Below, piece after piece: positions 37,125 through 61,981 of a DNA stretch of 64,000 nt. A model generated the notes under the pieces. The model ran no database searches. It was not told where the DNA came from and worked only from the letters and a program-made list of their open reading frames with translations. Made by a program: the position numbers and the translations under genes. The stretch comes from Salpingoeca rosetta (Eukaryota; Protista; Choanoflagellata): assembly GCA_033442325.1 (NCBI GenBank), contig JAWQFM010000011.1, forward strand, positions 115,906-179,905, in the 5' to 3' direction. How positions within the stretch are numbered: the first letter of the stretch is position 1; each line of letters begins with the position of its first letter.

Positions 37125-38762
37125 GCGTGAATACATGATCATAACGATACAAACAGGGGCAGAGAGGAAGGACGTGAGCATGCATACACACATGGTTAGA
37201 GGAGGCAGGATTGTTAGCAAAGCCAGGACCCCCAATGCAACGTTCATGGACACGCGTTCCAACCCTTCCAAACACACACACACACACATACGCACCATGG
37301 CTGCGACGAATGTAGTTGTTTTGCTCGTGGTCGTTGTGGTCGTTGTGCCCATGATATCCGACTGCGTTGCGTTTGACGTTGATGACATGGATGCAGCCAC
37401 CACACCATCCACGCCACGCGTTCCATTCGCACCACGCGTTCCATTCGCACCTGCCGCCTCTGCAACCACGACCCTCGCCCCTGTCGCTGTCGTGGTTGTA
37501 GTCGCCACCGCTGTTCCGTCGGACTGCGCAGTTGCCTCAAAGTGCGTTGTGAGCACCGCGCCCTCCCCAACTGCAACCGCACGCTGCGGAACAACAGATG
37601 TTGCGCGCGTCTCCACTATCTCCTCAATGCCACTGGCAATGGCGCTGAACGCAACAGATGCGGCAATGCGCTCAGCCATCTGCTCCAGCGTCTCCACCTG
37701 GCCCGCACGCTGCCCTGTGCCGGCCGGTGGGCTCGTGCTCACCCCGCTGTCCATGCGGTCCCCCTCCTCTTCCTCCTGCTCGCCCTCGATGTGCTGCTTG
37801 CCGCTGGTGCCGCCCTTGGATATGGCGGTTGGCACGACGATGCTGGCGGCGGGGGCGTGCTCCTTGTTGAACAGCACCACCACCGCAGACATGTTGTCGC
37901 GGCTGCCGAGGGAGAAGCACCGCTTGACAAGCGAGTGGCACACGTTGCCCAAGTGACCGGTTGTCTTGCGCAGCTGCTGCTGCACGTGGCGAACCGCGGT
38001 GTGGTTGTTCATCACATCCCAGATGCCGTCGCAGGCAAGCAGCAGGAAGTCGTCCTTCTCCCGGCACCGCTCCACCACGGTGATGTCTGGCTCCGGCGAC
38101 ACCTTCTGCTGCAGCAGGCTCAGGTCCGATCGCATCTTGTAGTCAAAGTCACCAAAGGCGCGGGAAACGGCGAGGCCGCCGTCCACACGACCATTCAGCA
38201 CGCACCCGCCCGCGTTGGTGATGCGCGCGCGCTCCTGGGAGAGCGTGGGCTTGTGGTCCATGGTTGCAAAGGCCAGCCGCCCTTCCCGTGCCAGCACGCT
38301 GCGGGAGTCGCCGACGTTGGCGAAGACAAAGTGGGTCGGGGTGATGAGCACGCTCGTGCACGTGCTACCGGAGCGGTCCTTGAGCACCTCCGGGTTGCGC
38401 ACGAGCATCTGGTCGTGCTTGATGAACGACCGCCGCAGCGCCGCCTGTACCCCTTGGATGCTGTCGCGAACAGGCAGGATCTCGTACAGCACGGTGCCCG
38501 CGAGCTTGTTCCCGGAGATTTCTGCTACCTTCTTCCCCGCGTGCCCGTCCAGGACGGCGTAGAAGGCCCAGCCGTCGAGCCCGGGCAGCGTCGCCCGCAT
38601 CACGTGCGCATCCTCCATGTGCGCGCGCCAGCCTTGCATACAGGCCATGCCGTGCGCGAGGTGGTCGTGCGTGTGGCATGCGCTTGTGTGGATTTCTGTC
38701 TTTGGCTTCAGAAGAAAAGCCGAGCTTGTGCGGCGTGGCAGCCGCGACTCGGTTTGCCCCAT
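36453..38762 (-). CDS. PP2C/PPM phosphatase, PPM1A/B-like, with disordered acidic tail
   Basis: MGQ start (possible myristoylation). Motifs CMQGWRAHMEDAH, VLDGHAG, SGST, ANVGDSR, DHKP, GGLAVSRAFGDFDYK, LACDGIWDV, GSRDNMS. Exons 38762-37296, 37058-~36768 and ~36524-36453. Confidence 0.92.
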
Positions 38763-39469
38763 AATAAGAAGAATAAGAAGGTATTGATCAGCTGCGCTGG
38801 CAATCGGACACACAGAGACGCAACAAGGGTAGGCAAAGCCGAGCGCATGGACGCGAGTGAGTGAATGGGCGAGTGAGTGAATGGGCGAGTGAGTGAGTGG
38901 GGAGGCACAAAAACGTGGATCGTGGATCGTGGCTCGTGGCAATGGACGCAATGTAAGCGATGATGAGAGCATGACAACACAAGTGCAGATGACGGCAACT
39001 ACAGATGAAGGCAACACAAGTCGAGCAAGAACAGGGCTTGCGCAAGCACAAAGACACGCACGCAGGCAGAGCTCGCAGCAAATTTTATGGTGTGCACCTT
39101 GTATTCAGTATGAAGGAAAGGTACAAAAGCTGGTCATGCACGAGGGCGTGTCGTTGTCACGGCAGAACCCCAGGGTGGTGTGATCTTGGTGAAGATGTGC
39201 AGGAGGAGTGTGCATGTGTGCGTGCCTGTGTGTGTTTGTGCGCTCACCTTACAAACAACAACATGCCACCAACAACCGATGATTGGCGACGATCAGTGAA
39301 TAACACGCGACAATTTTCAGCACACAGATCGCCTGTGGTCAGTTTGTTTGGTTTGCGCGCAAGCCAGTCAGTGCGAACGTGGACACAGACAGTGAGGCGC
39401 ACGCCGTCACAGTCGGGGCTGCTGCTTGGTGGTACTTGGATCACTCGCACGATAGCCAACCAAACAGCG

Positions 39470-47136
<7,667 letters not shown>

Positions 47137-47172
47137 GGTGCACGACGCGAGCGTGTGTTTGCGTCCGCATAT

Positions 47173-47306
<134 letters not shown>

Positions 47307-47615
47307 TGCACCACATTCTGTCCCTTTGTTGATAGATGAGGCATGGCTGCTGTTGCTGTTCATAGCGAGAGAGTATATGTACAAAGACGGTCATCACTAC
47401 CACGGCACGATAGACGCACCAAAGCACGCGCGAGGGAGGAGAGAAAGAGAAGAGGTGGGGGGTGTACTGCACATGGTGAGAGGAATAGTGGAAGAGAGAC
47501 TTCAGCAGAGGTGATGGGCGATGGCTGAGGAAGGGCAGATGGCGGCGGTAGCGGTGATGGTCAGACAGGCCGTTGTAACTGGTGGCTGCGGTGACTGTAA
47601 GGTCATGTCATGGTA

Positions 47616-48205
47616 CTACTTGAGCCAGAGCTTGAGTCGCCATGCACTGACGCCACTGAGGTAGTATCGTTCCAACAACTTGTCTCGCAGGAAGCCTAGG
47701 GACTCGTAGATACGCAGCGCACCCAGGTTGCTCGTCTCTGCCTCGAGCACAATCTACGCAATGGACAGCCAGTGCGTGCGTGTGTATGTGTGTGTATGTG
47801 TATGCATGTGTATGTGTATGTGTGTGTGTGAGTTGGTTGAGCAGGGATTGGTAGCAGTCAGATGCAGTGGTCAGGTGTAGGTGATGCGAGGGAAGAGGAG
47901 GCATTGGCTGAGGATAATTCCCGACCTCGTCTGCGCCAGCCTCCTTCATTGCCTCCACGCTTGCCTTGACCAGCATGGTACCTGTCACGTACGCAAGTGA
48001 ATCGTACATTAGATATTGGATGATGAGTGGTTCAGAGGCAAACACAAACAGCTGTCCATACTCATACATGCTCACGCTCTCTCACGCACTCAGTCACTCA
48101 CACACACACTCACTCAGTCACTCACACACACACGCACTCAGTCACTCACACACACACTCACTCACACACACACACACACACACACACACGCGCGCGCACA
48201 CACAC

Positions 48206-48266
<61 letters not shown>

Positions 48267-48679
48267 GATGCCCTTCTTGCGATGATCTTCGGACACTGCA
48301 AGCATGCCGATGTACCCACGGAGCGGCCCACGCTTGTGCCGTGCCAATCTACAGATGACAGCACCGACAACCTCGCCCTCTACTACAGCCTGCGTGTGTG
48401 AATGTGGGCGGGTGCGTATGTGTCAGCGTTGCGTGCGTAGATGGGCGGGTTCACACCGAGCTGGTGAGCGCTGGCAGAGCTTGCAAGCAGTGTACGGGTG
48501 GATGGAGCCAGTGAACAAACAAAAGGACAGGGACTGACCACATGCGACAGCTTGCCCCAAGTGACGAGGAAGTAGCGGTATGTGTAGATGGAGTACGGCT
48601 CCGACAAGTGTGCTGCCATCAGCTTTTGGATGGCTGGCAGGTCGTTCTCATCCCTGTACGGCCGTATCTCCACAGACAT
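47616..48679 (-). CDS. NAA30: N-alpha-acetyltransferase 30 (NatC catalytic subunit, Mak3)
   Basis: [79 protein letters not shown]. Confidence 0.93.
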
Positions 48680-48914
48680 GGCGAGGGGTGTGCGGGAGCG
48701 TGAGTGACAGTGGAAGTGGAATAAGTGGGTTGTTGTTGTTGTCGTTGTCGTCTGTCAATGCGCATTTTTTCCGCTGCTGCTGCTGAGTCTTCCATTCCAA
48801 ACGATTGTCAACGTGCTCGCTCGCAGGCACACACACGCGTCGCTTCCACGAGCACAATCTCTTACCTCTCCACAGCTCTTGGCCTCTCACTCTTGCACGG
48901 GCTTGGGCATCATC

Positions 48915-52052
<3,138 letters not shown>

Positions 52053-52327
52053 CTGAGACTGTGCACCTGTCTGTGCCTGTGTAAATACAAGCACAACATA
52101 ACCACCTTTAGCATGAGTGAGAGAATGTGTGCGTCTATGTGTGTGTGTGTGTGTGCGTGTATGTGTGCGTGCGTGTGCGTGTGTGTGCATGTGATGAGAG
52201 AGAGAGAGAGACAGAGAGCTGCTGGGAGGCTTCATCGCTTCGCCAAACACCAAACCAAACCAACAACAATTATTGCAGAATAAAAAATTGTGTACGGGTT
52301 TTATGTGTATTTTTCACAACTGTCGGC

Positions 52328-53356
52328 ATGCAGGCACTGGTGGCGAGAACGAGGGGTGAGCGACGAAGACGAAGATGTGGAGTGTGTGTTGTGTATGTGT
52401 GTGTGGGGGGGGGGTTGTGGCCACGTTTGTTGTGGTTCGTTGTGGTGAAAGGAAGAGGAACCACAACACCCATTGTACGCGTGCGCGTTGTGTGTTGCGC
52501 ATTTGTGTGTCGTTTGCTCGAGTGTGCGTTCACTTGTCGGTATGTGCTGTTCTCCTCTTCACTCATGCTATTGTTCTCACCATGTTCATCTCACCACCAT
52601 TCATGTACATCACCCAAAATGTCCAGTGCTAAGCGCGGCTCGCGTGCTGACCCAGCGACGCACTTGGTTTGGCTTTGGCCAGACACAAGAGTATGACACC
52701 AGCCCACCCAAGCCTTGGTTCGTTCATTCCTGACGTGTTGCTTTGGTCCTGCCGTACGTGTCCTCGTGTAGTGTCGTCAAGTGTGGTGTGCTTCTTCTGT
52801 GTCGGCGTGGTTTGTCTTGTTCTTCTTGTTCTTGTTCTTGTTCTTGTTCTTGCTTGTTCTTGTTTTGCTGTTGGCAGGCTGTGTCACCTGGCATGGTGGC
52901 ATTACAAAGCACAAATTGACAAAGCAATGTGACCTGTGGGCAGTAGTCAATGCACGTGCTGGCCTCAATCAATTCTCACCCCAACTCACGTGACCATCTT
53001 CCTGCTCCCTGCCTTTTGTTTCCCCGTTTCCTTTTTCCAACAGGTACCAACGCCATGCTCGGGATGACACGGACGAGTTTGACCGTTTCTCCACAGAAGA
53101 ACGCAAGGAGCGCATTGCTCTGCGTCGGGAGGTACGCATTGCAGCGTTGGTGTTTGCGTTGTTTAAGTTGTTGTTGTTGTTGTGTCAGTGGTAGTGGTGG
53201 TGGTGTTCGTGTGCTGTCGTTTGTCGGTTGAAAGTGTTGGTGGTGGTGGTAGCGACCGGTGAGCATGGGCTTGCGTAGGTACTCGTCCTATGCAACTGAA
53301 CCCGGCTTGAACCGCTGCTTTTGCCCTTGCCCAAACAACCCATCCTGCGCTTTCTT

Positions 53357-53401
<45 letters not shown>

Positions 53402-53856
53402 CACACACACACACACACACACAACAACACACAAACACACACACACACACACACCATCGTGTGCAGATGATGGACCTGCAGGAGGACGGTGCTGACAGCA
53501 CCAACTTGGAGGCGTACGCAGCAAAGGTTGCCGACCTCTGCATCAAGTACAACGACAGGTAAAGATGCGTTGCCATACTGGTGATGTAGATTGCATAGAC
53601 CACCGCCCATTGCTTCTACTCTGCTGCTTGCATGAGACAGTGACCACCTTGCCCTCGTTGCCTCACTCGTTGCCTCACTCCCTCTCTCGCGTTTTTCTTC
53701 CTCGCTCCCCTCCATCCAAAACACTCTCCTTTGCCCCTCCCTTGTTGTTGCAGGTTGGGTGCTGCGGCGTTGGTTGACAACAGCGACTTTGTGCAGTTGC
53801 CCGAGGTGAACAAGGCTGCCCTTGAGGAGTTCCTGGAGAAGACCAAGTTCGACTAA
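52328..53856 (+). CDS. Small (116 aa) probable mitochondrial protein, 5 exons; possibly ATP synthase F6/h-like
   Basis: Phase-consistent GT-AG exons 52328-52355, 52627-52666, 53044-53131, 53467-53558 and 53754-53856 give MQALVARTRVLSAARVLTQRRTWYQRHARDDTDEFDRF…EAYAAKVADLCIKYNDRLGAAALVDNSDFVQLPEVNKAALEEFLEKTKFD*. The N-terminus is Arg-rich and acid-free, like a presequence. Confidence 0.7.
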
Positions 53857-54461
53857 CCAGCCTTGCTTGCCAAGAAACTACTTTGGCTCTTTGCGTGCGT
53901 GTGTGTGTGTGTGTGTGTGTGTGTTTGGAGGGCTGTGTTGGGTTTCAGTGTTTGGTGATGCGAGGTCGGCCGTCGTTGTGTGCGTGTGTGGTTGTGATGG
54001 TGTGGAGATCAGGCTGATGGGGCGAGAGTGATGATGATGATGATGATGATGAAGATGGACGGTGAGGGATGTGTTGATTGACATGGAATGATGTGGCTCG
54101 TGATGTGGCTCGCTCGCCTCCCCTCGCTCGCGGGCTTGCTTTGGGAACATGATAAACAGTAGCGTAATGCCGATTTGATGCGAATTTATGTCGACCCACA
54201 ATTCAAAAATTGTGCCGGAGAACGCGCGCCGCCCTTTCAATTTAACCATCATCATCCAACCACTTGCCACACAGACACTTCTTGACCAGTCGGTCAACCC
54301 ACCAACCAACCACGCAAAGCAAGCCAGCAAGCAAGGGGGTGAGTGTTGTGACTTGATGGCCTCTTGGTCCGTTGAATTTGATTGCCTGTTTGTGTTTGTT
54401 GATCGGCCTTTGGCCGTGGTTGATTCGATTCCCTTGTTGTGTGTTCTTTGACCGCTGTTGT

Positions 54462-54567
<106 letters not shown>

Positions 54568-54702
54568 TTTTGTCGAATCACCCCACATACACGAACTCAC
54601 ACATGCGCATACAAATACACATACCACATGCACACTCACACCACACACCACACACACCACACACACCACACAAATGCACACACCACCCAAGCACACAAGA
54701 CA

Positions 54703-55862
54703 ATGTCGGACCAGCCACATGATGGACATGAGCAGCAACAAGAGGGGCGGCCTGGTGGTCGACCGCGTCCCACGCTGCCGACCTTCTCGTCACCGCCAAG
54801 ACGGACAACAGCTGCTGCAACAGCACAGCAGATGCCCACAGCAGCACCCATCTACTTGCCACCATCGTCAACCTCTGCAGTGCCAGTGTCATCACCGCCA
54901 TCATCATCAATTGCAGGCGCAGAAGGAACAGCCACAACAGCAGTGGCGGCGGCGACGAGGGCAAGGCTGTCCATGATGGACAGTGCCGTCCCTTACGGCG
55001 CCTATCAACAGCAGCACCAGCAGCACCAGCAGCAACAGCATCCTGCAGATGAGATGAGCCGTGCAGACCTCGCTGCAATGATGTATGCTGCCTCTTCATC
55101 TGCGCCATCATCGTCGTCCTCCGTGCTCGCTGGTGGTGCGGTGAACGTCGGCGGCTCCTCCCAACTGCCAGTCTTGTACCCAGGCATGCAATCACAGCAC
55201 CCCCAGTACAACCAGCGCATGCAAGCAGATGGCACCGCTGTGTCGCAGCCAACAGCTGCGGATATGCAAGCAGCCTTGCTGACAGCGCTGTCAGGAGGCC
55301 AGGCCACGTCCGTCCCATCTTCCGTGCCGCCGCAGCCCCAACTTGAACAACACGGCGGCGTCACCAGCATCCCTGCCGCCACTGCAGACAGCTATACTAC
55401 GGCCATCAGCCTCGCCAGCCCAACGCGGCTGCAACAGAACATGCTTGCGCAGCAGACGTCGCCAGCCACATCTGGCCACACCGTCTACCTGCAGAGCCCA
55501 GGTGGCTGTTGTGAGCGCTGGAGCGGGTGTTGTTGCTGTTGGATGCTGTCGCTTGTTGGCGCTAGTGCGCGGACTGTGGTTGTGTATTCATGAACCAGGA
55601 TTGGTCACCTCACACAGATGCACAGCAACATCAACACCAACACTTGCCGCTTGCTGCCGTTGCCTCACGCGCTGCACCATACACCATTGCATAATCTTCA
55701 GGCACATCTACATACGTCACAAGCCCGCAATCACGTGCTGCTGCTGCTGCTGTGCACACGCCAAACTCCTCCAGCCCTTCGTCCGTGAGTGTCCACTCTG
55801 CATGTATGTGTGTGTGGGGGGGGGCGAGGTTTATTTTCCCGCACTTGGCTTCGCTTTGCTCA

Positions 55863-55959
<97 letters not shown>

Positions 55960-56688
55960 AAAACTCACACACACACGCCTGCTCTCTTCTGCCAGCAACA
56001 TCTGCTGTTTCAACAGGTGATGCATAACGGCATGAGAAGGGCTTGCCTGAGCCAGCTGTATAAGCCCGCACAGCCTGCACAGTCTTCGCCACCACCGTCA
56101 TCGACACAACAGCAGCAGCAACAACAACAACAGGTGCAGCAACAACAGCAGCCGCAACAACAACAGCAGCAGCAGCAGCAGCCACAGATGCCGCAGCAAC
56201 AACAGCAGATACCGCAACCCTACTCTGGTACAGCCAGCATGCAGTGGCGATGAAGGCCGTCATCATTGATTGTGCTATCATGTGCACGTGCGTGGTGTGT
56301 CATTGTTGTTGTGATCAGACACAATCGTGTGTTAGCTTGTTCACACACACACACACATCTCATCCATCATGTTGGGCTGTGTGCTGCTTCTTGCCTGCAG
56401 GCAATGGAACTCCACGGGCAAAGCGTGCGCTGCTGTCCGATCAAACCAGGTGAGGATGAATCACAATAATGCACACACGTGTGCACACACACACACACAT
56501 CTCGTTACTGCTTTGTGTTTCCTGTTTGCTTCTCCATGACTACCACCATGACTACCACCACCATCTTCATTATCATCACCATTATCACCATTACGCACCA
56601 GTGCCACTGCGAGTCCCACCACTGCCGGCGTCACGCCCGTCGGCCGCCCTCCACTGCGCTCGGTACGTTTCGTGTGTGGCTGGCTGGC

Positions 56689-56719
<31 letters not shown>

Positions 56720-57020
56720 GTCTGTCTGTGTCTGTCTGTGTCTGTGTGTGTGTGTCTGTCTGTCTGCTCCCTGTCTATCCCTTTCCGTCAATCTCTCTGT
56801 CTGCCCACGTGTCCGTGTTGGAGCCCTTCCTGTGCTTTGCCATCACACCGTGCCTAAACCTCACCACCGCCCATCCCCCCGCCCACTCCCTCGCTCTCAT
56901 CCTTGATTCACCAGTGTAACTGTGGCAAGTCGCGGTGCTTGAAGCTGTACTGCGAGTGCTACGCCGCCGGCACGTACTGCGGTCCCCAATGCAAGTGCAC
57001 CAACTGCCAGAACAACCTCG

Positions 57021-57115
<95 letters not shown>

Positions 57116-58214
57116 TGTATGTGTGTGTATGTGTGTGTGTGCGTGCGTGTGCGTGCGTGTGTGCGTGCGCGTGTGTGTCTCTGTATGTCTGTGTGTGTGT
57201 CTGTGTGTACCCTGTGTCTTCCTTCATCTGTCTGTACGTTGTCTTCCTTTATCTCTCTGCGTGCTTGCATGTCAATCACGCCCGAACTGACAACACGCAT
57301 CCATCAATTCCGCCCCCACCCCCACACCACATCCACATGTTTGCTGCGCGGGGTGAATTGATTTCGCCCATCAGAACGAGGGTCGACGACAGCTTGCGGT
57401 GCTGTCGACTCTCGACAAGAACCCAGACGCCTTCCGCCCAAAGATTAAGCAGGAGGTGGGCTCTGCTGGCTTCGCTGTATGCTGCGATTGTTGTACCACA
57501 CCGCCATGTGCCCACCTGAACCTGCACATGCACGCGTGAACACACATCCGAATTCTCGAGCAGTCGAACAGGAAAACAGTCAAACAGTCAAACACACACG
57601 ATGCATGTGCACGCTAACCTGACGCGTCCCCCGCTTTGCCTCAGACCACGACGAACCGGAAAGCAAACCACCTCCGCGGGTGCAAGTGCACAAAGTCCAA
57701 GTGTCTGCAGCGCTATTGCGAGTGCTTTCAGGCCGGTGTGCCCTGCACCAACAACTGCAAGTGCAAGAACTGCTGCAATCGTCCAAACAGCGACGCTTTC
57801 CAGCTCGCACAGTCCCAGCGCGCCTCTGCAGGTGTGTTCCCTCGTACTTTTGAGATGTGTGTGTGTGTGTGTGTTTGTGTGTGTGTGTGGGGGGGGATTG
57901 GGTGGGTGTGCGCATGCGTGCCTGTCTATCTTTCTGTCTGCATCAGGAAACTCTCCATCCCCTTGCCCCACTCCATGTCTCACTTCCCCTTTACCACCCT
58001 CTCCATCGCGCTGTGACCCATGCCACTGCTACGATCAGACTCTGCGCAGCGGCTTGGCGACACGACTGCGGTCTCCACGCGCGGCAGTCAGGCCCTACAC
58101 GCCTTTTCCCAGCAGCGCTTCTCCGAGATTTGCCAGGACCTCATCCACGTCGCAGAGGTGTGTGTGTTTTTTTTTTTTTTTTTGGGGGGGGGGATGTGTG
58201 TGTGTGTGTGTGTT

Positions 58215-58299
<85 letters not shown>

Positions 58300-58477
58300 G
58301 TGTGAGTGTGAGTGAGTGTGTGTGTGTCCGTGTGTCTGTGCGTCTGTGCGTCTGTGTGTATGGGTCTGTTTCTGTTCGTCTGCGTCTGTTCATCTGTCAC
58401 ATACTTTTCGCCTTCTCACTTGCGTCTGCGCGTGTGTTCAGGAATCGTCGGATCCGCAACGCGCCGTTCTATCGTGA
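54703..58477 (+). CDS. LIN54: Tesmin/TSO1 CXC-domain protein, LIN54-like (MuvB/DREAM); 3' end may continue into the gap
   Basis: Two CXC domains, [22 protein letters not shown]…C.NC.N and [23 protein letters not shown], joined by the hinge [10 protein letters not shown]. Gln-rich N-terminus. Confidence 0.85.
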
Positions 58478-58575
58478 GCGCACGCACACATGACAACACG
58501 CCATGCTGTCTTCCTTGCGACTTCCACACGCCGTGTCCCCGCTTCGCTGCTGTCCTCCTTCTCACGCGTTGGCCC

Positions 58576-58665
<90 letters not shown>

Positions 58666-58688
58666 TACGTACGTACGTACGTCGTCGT

Positions 58689-59534
58689 NNNNNNNNNNNN
58701 NNNNNNNNNNNNNNNNNNNNNNNNNNNNNNNNNNNNNNNNNNNNNNNNNNNNNNNNNNNNNNNNNNNNNNNNNNNNNNNNNNNNNNNNNNNNNNNNNNNN
58801 NNNNNNNNNNNNNNNNNNNNNNNNNNNNNNNNNNNNNNNNNNNNNNNNNNNNNNNNNNNNNNNNNNNNNNNNNNNNNNNNNNNNNNNNNNNNNNNNNNNN
58901 NNNNNNNNNNNNNNNNNNNNNNNNNNNNNNNNNNNNNNNNNNNNNNNNNNNNNNNNNNNNNNNNNNNNNNNNNNNNNNNNNNNNNNNNNNNNNNNNNNNN
59001 NNNNNNNNNNNNNNNNNNNNNNNNNNNNNNNNNNNNNNNNNNNNNNNNNNNNNNNNNNNNNNNNNNNNNNNNNNNNNNNNNNNNNNNNNNNNNNNNNNNN
59101 NNNNNNNNNNNNNNNNNNNNNNNNNNNNNNNNNNNNNNNNNNNNNNNNNNNNNNNNNNNNNNNNNNNNNNNNNNNNNNNNNNNNNNNNNNNNNNNNNNNN
59201 NNNNNNNNNNNNNNNNNNNNNNNNNNNNNNNNNNNNNNNNNNNNNNNNNNNNNNNNNNNNNNNNNNNNNNNNNNNNNNNNNNNNNNNNNNNNNNNNNNNN
59301 NNNNNNNNNNNNNNNNNNNNNNNNNNNNNNNNNNNNNNNNNNNNNNNNNNNNNNNNNNNNNNNNNNNNNNNNNNNNNNNNNNNNNNNNNNNNNNNNNNNN
59401 NNNNNNNNNNNNNNNNNNNNNNNNNNNNNNNNNNNNNNNNNNNNNNNNNNNNNNNNNNNNNNNNNNNNNNNNNNNNNNNNNNNNNNNNNNNNNNNNNNNN
59501 NNNNNNNNNNNNNNNNNNNNNNNNNNNNNNNNNN
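58689..59534. other. Assembly gap; probably hides the 3' end of WDR60 and possibly of LIN54
   Basis: N run between two converging genes. Confidence 0.99.
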
Positions 59535-60108
59535 CCGTCGTGTCGCTCTTTAGCAATCCCTGTTGAGCATGTTGTGTTGTGTTGTGTTGTGTTGTGTTGT
59601 GTTGTGTTGTGTTGTGTTGTGTTGTGTTGTGTTGTGTTGTGTTGTGTTGTGTTGTGTTGTGTTGTGTTGTGTTGTGTTGTGTTGTGTTGTGTTGTGTTGT
59701 GTTGTGTTGTGTTGTGTTGTGTTGTGTTGTGTTGTGTTGTGTTGTGTTGTGTTGTGTTGTGTTGTGTTGTGTTGTGTTGTGTGCGTGCGCGTGTGTGTGT
59801 GTATGTGTGCGTGCGTGTGTGTGCGTGCGTGCGTGCGTGCGTGCGTGTATGTGTGTGTGTGTTTGACTGTACCAGCAAGGCATGCCAGCAAACACAAAAC
59901 TCAAGGGGAAACGTGGCAGCCGACACAGTCATATGCAACGCCAACGCGGTGACGAACCAGATGTGGAGTGTTGATCCGCACAGCACGTAAAATACGGCAG
60001 CACGCGCGTTTGACCAGAAAATTGAATTTGGCGGCGCCTCCACAGACCAGCGCCGCATCGGCAGGCCTAAAGTCGGGGTTGGTTGGCGTGGGGGTGAGGG
60101 GGTAGATA

Positions 60109-60175
<67 letters not shown>

Positions 60176-61199
60176 TATGACAGCGCTTGCTCGTGTTGAC
60201 GCTGCCATTTGCATTCACTGCACCTGATCGCAGTTTGTGAATGCACACGTATCCGGAATCAAACGCCTGTTGGGATCAACGAGAATGGGTAAAAGTGAGC
60301 AACAGTGAGCAGCAGTGAGCAGCAGCAGTGAGCAGTGAGAGTCAAGTCGAACACAGCAACTGTTTGCGAGTACAACCCACGAGCAACGTGTCGCTGTGCA
60401 TTCTTACGGAGAGGAGGTGGTCGTTGTCTGCTGGCGAGATGGCGAGATCCGTGCATGTGCCCGGGAGTGACGCTGAAACAGCACATTGACATCGATTGTG
60501 GTTGTGGTGGGGTGCCATGACAGGCAGAAGTGAATGCGTGAAAGGGCGACGCAATAGGCTCTGCAAACTGTGAATGGGTGGCCAATTGAATGATGGTGTG
60601 GATGGTGTGATGGTGTGGATGGTGCGCGTCACACCTCCAAGTTGCAGTCTGCGCGGCGCGGGTTTGCGGCCGTGGCGGGTGCAGTGTACGATGCATGCCT
60701 GATGGTGCCAATATGCGATCGCAGTTGCGCTGTGAGGGAGTGACAGAAACGCAAGTGCGCTACCAGGAGGAAGCGCACACGAATACACATGCACACATGC
60801 GCACGCAATACGCACGCACACGCGAAACACGCACGCTGTTTGTTCCGACGAAGAGGTGTCCCGGTTTGAGCGGATGAACAACGAGACACGTGGCAACGAG
60901 ATCATCATGCTCCTGGTGTTTCGTGGTGATTGGTGGTGGTGAGAAGTGACGTTACAAAGTGCAGAACGAAAAGTAGTGATACAAAAAGCACATGTGCACG
61001 TGTTGTTCCTTGCATACGTACGTTAAATGCGTCGAGGACTGCGCTTTTGTTCATCTTCACAGATGCACCGGGGCGGAGGCCTTGGAGTGGTTCATGGTGA
61101 TGGTGGTGGTGGTGGTGGTGATGGTGGTGTGGTGGTGGTGTGGTGGCGACGTGAGCCAAACAACAGCTGCAACAATACGAGGCAACGACACCCGTTTAC

Positions 61200-61291
<92 letters not shown>

Positions 61292-61901
61292 CTCGCATGA
61301 GCCGCATCGGCCGTGTTGCTGCGCACCAAGGTCGTCGAGCGATCCCGAGTTTGACGGATTTGAGACGAGCGCCGATGTCCACGTGATAATGCGACCGGCT
61401 GTAACAATGAATCAGAGGGGCGGCGTTTTGTTGGGGTGGTGTCGCATGTGGTGGTGGTAGTGGTGGTGGTGGTGGTTATGGTGTGTGATGTGTGAGGAGA
61501 AGGGTGTGACGCGGGGCATGGTGGGTACAGGAGGTGCGGCCAACCAACGGGCACAAAAACTTCACATATACACACACGAGTATACGCAGGCGCAGACATA
61601 TACGCTCTCTCAGAACGCCGCATGTGCACTCACAAGAGTCGGCAGTGACGACTTGCATTGCGCCCGTGCCTGTTGCAGATGCAATTGGAAGGACAGCGAT
61701 TACACTGTCCTCGTGCACGGGTCCATCAGACGCTCCATCCGACGTAAACGCAGGCAGAAACAGCGGCTGCGTTGCATCCGTAGACACTTGCGCGTTTGTG
61801 TCCGTCAAATCCCACACAACCACGCCACTGCACATGTGTGTGTGTATGAGTGTGTGAGTAAATGTGTGTGAGAGAGAGTACATGAGCGTGCGTGCGTGCG
61901 T

Positions 61902-61981
<80 letters not shown>

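Noticed and set aside
58661-58688. (GTAC)n palindromic run
   Set aside because: It lies at a contig end and resembles pyrosequencing flow-order noise.
59535-59562. Apparent frameshift/stop in WDR60 (the expected W-D-L-L-K-S-D needs one extra base)
   Set aside because: It is a single-base deficit within 30 nt of a gap, so sequencing error is more likely than pseudogenisation or recoding.
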